This document shows, piece after piece, positions 63,468 through 64,000 of a stretch of DNA of 64,000 bases. Within the stretch, counting starts at the first letter, position 1, and every line of letters begins with the position of its first letter. Source of the DNA: Neoconidiobolus thromboides FSU 785 (lineage: Eukaryota; Fungi; Entomophthoromycota). Where the stretch lies: positions 73,607 to 137,606 of the forward strand of contig MU626298.1 of the NCBI GenBank assembly GCA_025603075.1. The letters are read 5' to 3'. The notes beneath the pieces were generated by a model, which was not told the origin of the DNA, made no database searches, and saw only the letters and a program-made list of their open reading frames with translations. Position numbers and translations under genes: made by a program.

Positions 63468-64000
63468 CTAATTATCATCTATATCCTCTTTAACTTTATC
63501 TTTGTTTACAAATGCATTTTTTAATCTATCAATAATTTTATGATTATAGAATTGTAAATTATAATTATTTATGACATTTTCCTTCATTTCATTTGTATTA
63601 TTATTATTGTCATTACCATTACTTAACTCATGAATGTATTTATTTAAAATAATACAAAAAAATAAATGAAATTGTTCTAAATTTGTAAATTCTTTCTTCT
63701 CCAATAGCTCTTTAGATAACAGTCCATCCTGATCAGCTAATAATATACCCACCATTTTTTGATACATTTTACTTAATGTAATTAAATTCAATAAAACTTC
63801 ATCTTTATCTTTTATATTATCTTTTTGAAACTTACTCAATAATTCTTTGATCTCTTCATTTAACCCATCATTGTTACTTTCTGATACTTCCATTTTATAT
63901 TTGTCATCATTGATTCTTTTATCTAATAAAAATACACTTACATCCATGCATACTGATATTACATATGCTGCAGTAACTAATCCCAATAAAGAATAAAATA
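63468..64000 (-). CDS. TOK1: TOK-type K+ channel paralogue D, C-terminal part only (runs off the window)
   Basis: LGLVTAAYVIS (TM8) and NLITLSKMYQKMVGILLADQD..KKEF align with the C-tails of A-C; pore motifs lie outside the window. Confidence 0.78.
   Translation of the reverse strand, partial: FYSLLGLVTAAYVISVCMDVSVFLLDKRINDDKYKMEVSESNNDGLNEEIKELLSKFQKDNIKDKDEVLLNLITLSKMYQKMVGILLADQDGLLSKELLEKKEFTNLEQFHLFFCIILNKYIHELSNGNDNNNNTNEMKENVINNYNLQFYNHKIIDRLKNAFVNKDKVKEDIDDN

Overview
AT-rich eukaryotic genomic DNA with short (~45-60 nt) GT-AG introns. The gene content (myosin-motor chitin synthase, TOK K+ channels, GT15 mannosyltransferase, fungal TF middle-homology domain) shows it is fungal; an early-diverging Entomophthorales-type fungus (Conidiobolus/Neoconidiobolus-like) is my inference, not something the sequence proves. 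About 22 intact genes are present: class V chitin synthase, HSDL2-like SDR, class 3 lipase, eIF3b, RPL17, a secreted Cu-only SOD, four TOK channel paralogues (one cut by the window end), a GPCR-like 7TM, two MOSC proteins, a cytochrome b561, two 179-aa metallothionein-like proteins, KTR/KRE2, HemK, a RING-CH ligase, SNO1/PDX2, a TF-like protein and several orphans. Two pseudogenes (a cytochrome P450 and a third MOSC copy) are not recognisable from the ORF track. A ~99-bp non-autonomous TIR element occurs about 21 times; its 4-bp AWWT target-site duplication can be shown from the window itself. The most notable signals are (1) tandem giant modular metallothioneins with 6-Cys and 11-Cys repeat units, (2) a TOK channel expansion, (3) perfect-identity tracts inside otherwise diverged paralogues in both arrays, consistent with gene conversion, and (4) the AWWT-targeting MITE family, including insertions with visible empty sites. 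No tRNA, rRNA or CRISPR array was found. Exon boundaries were read by eye.
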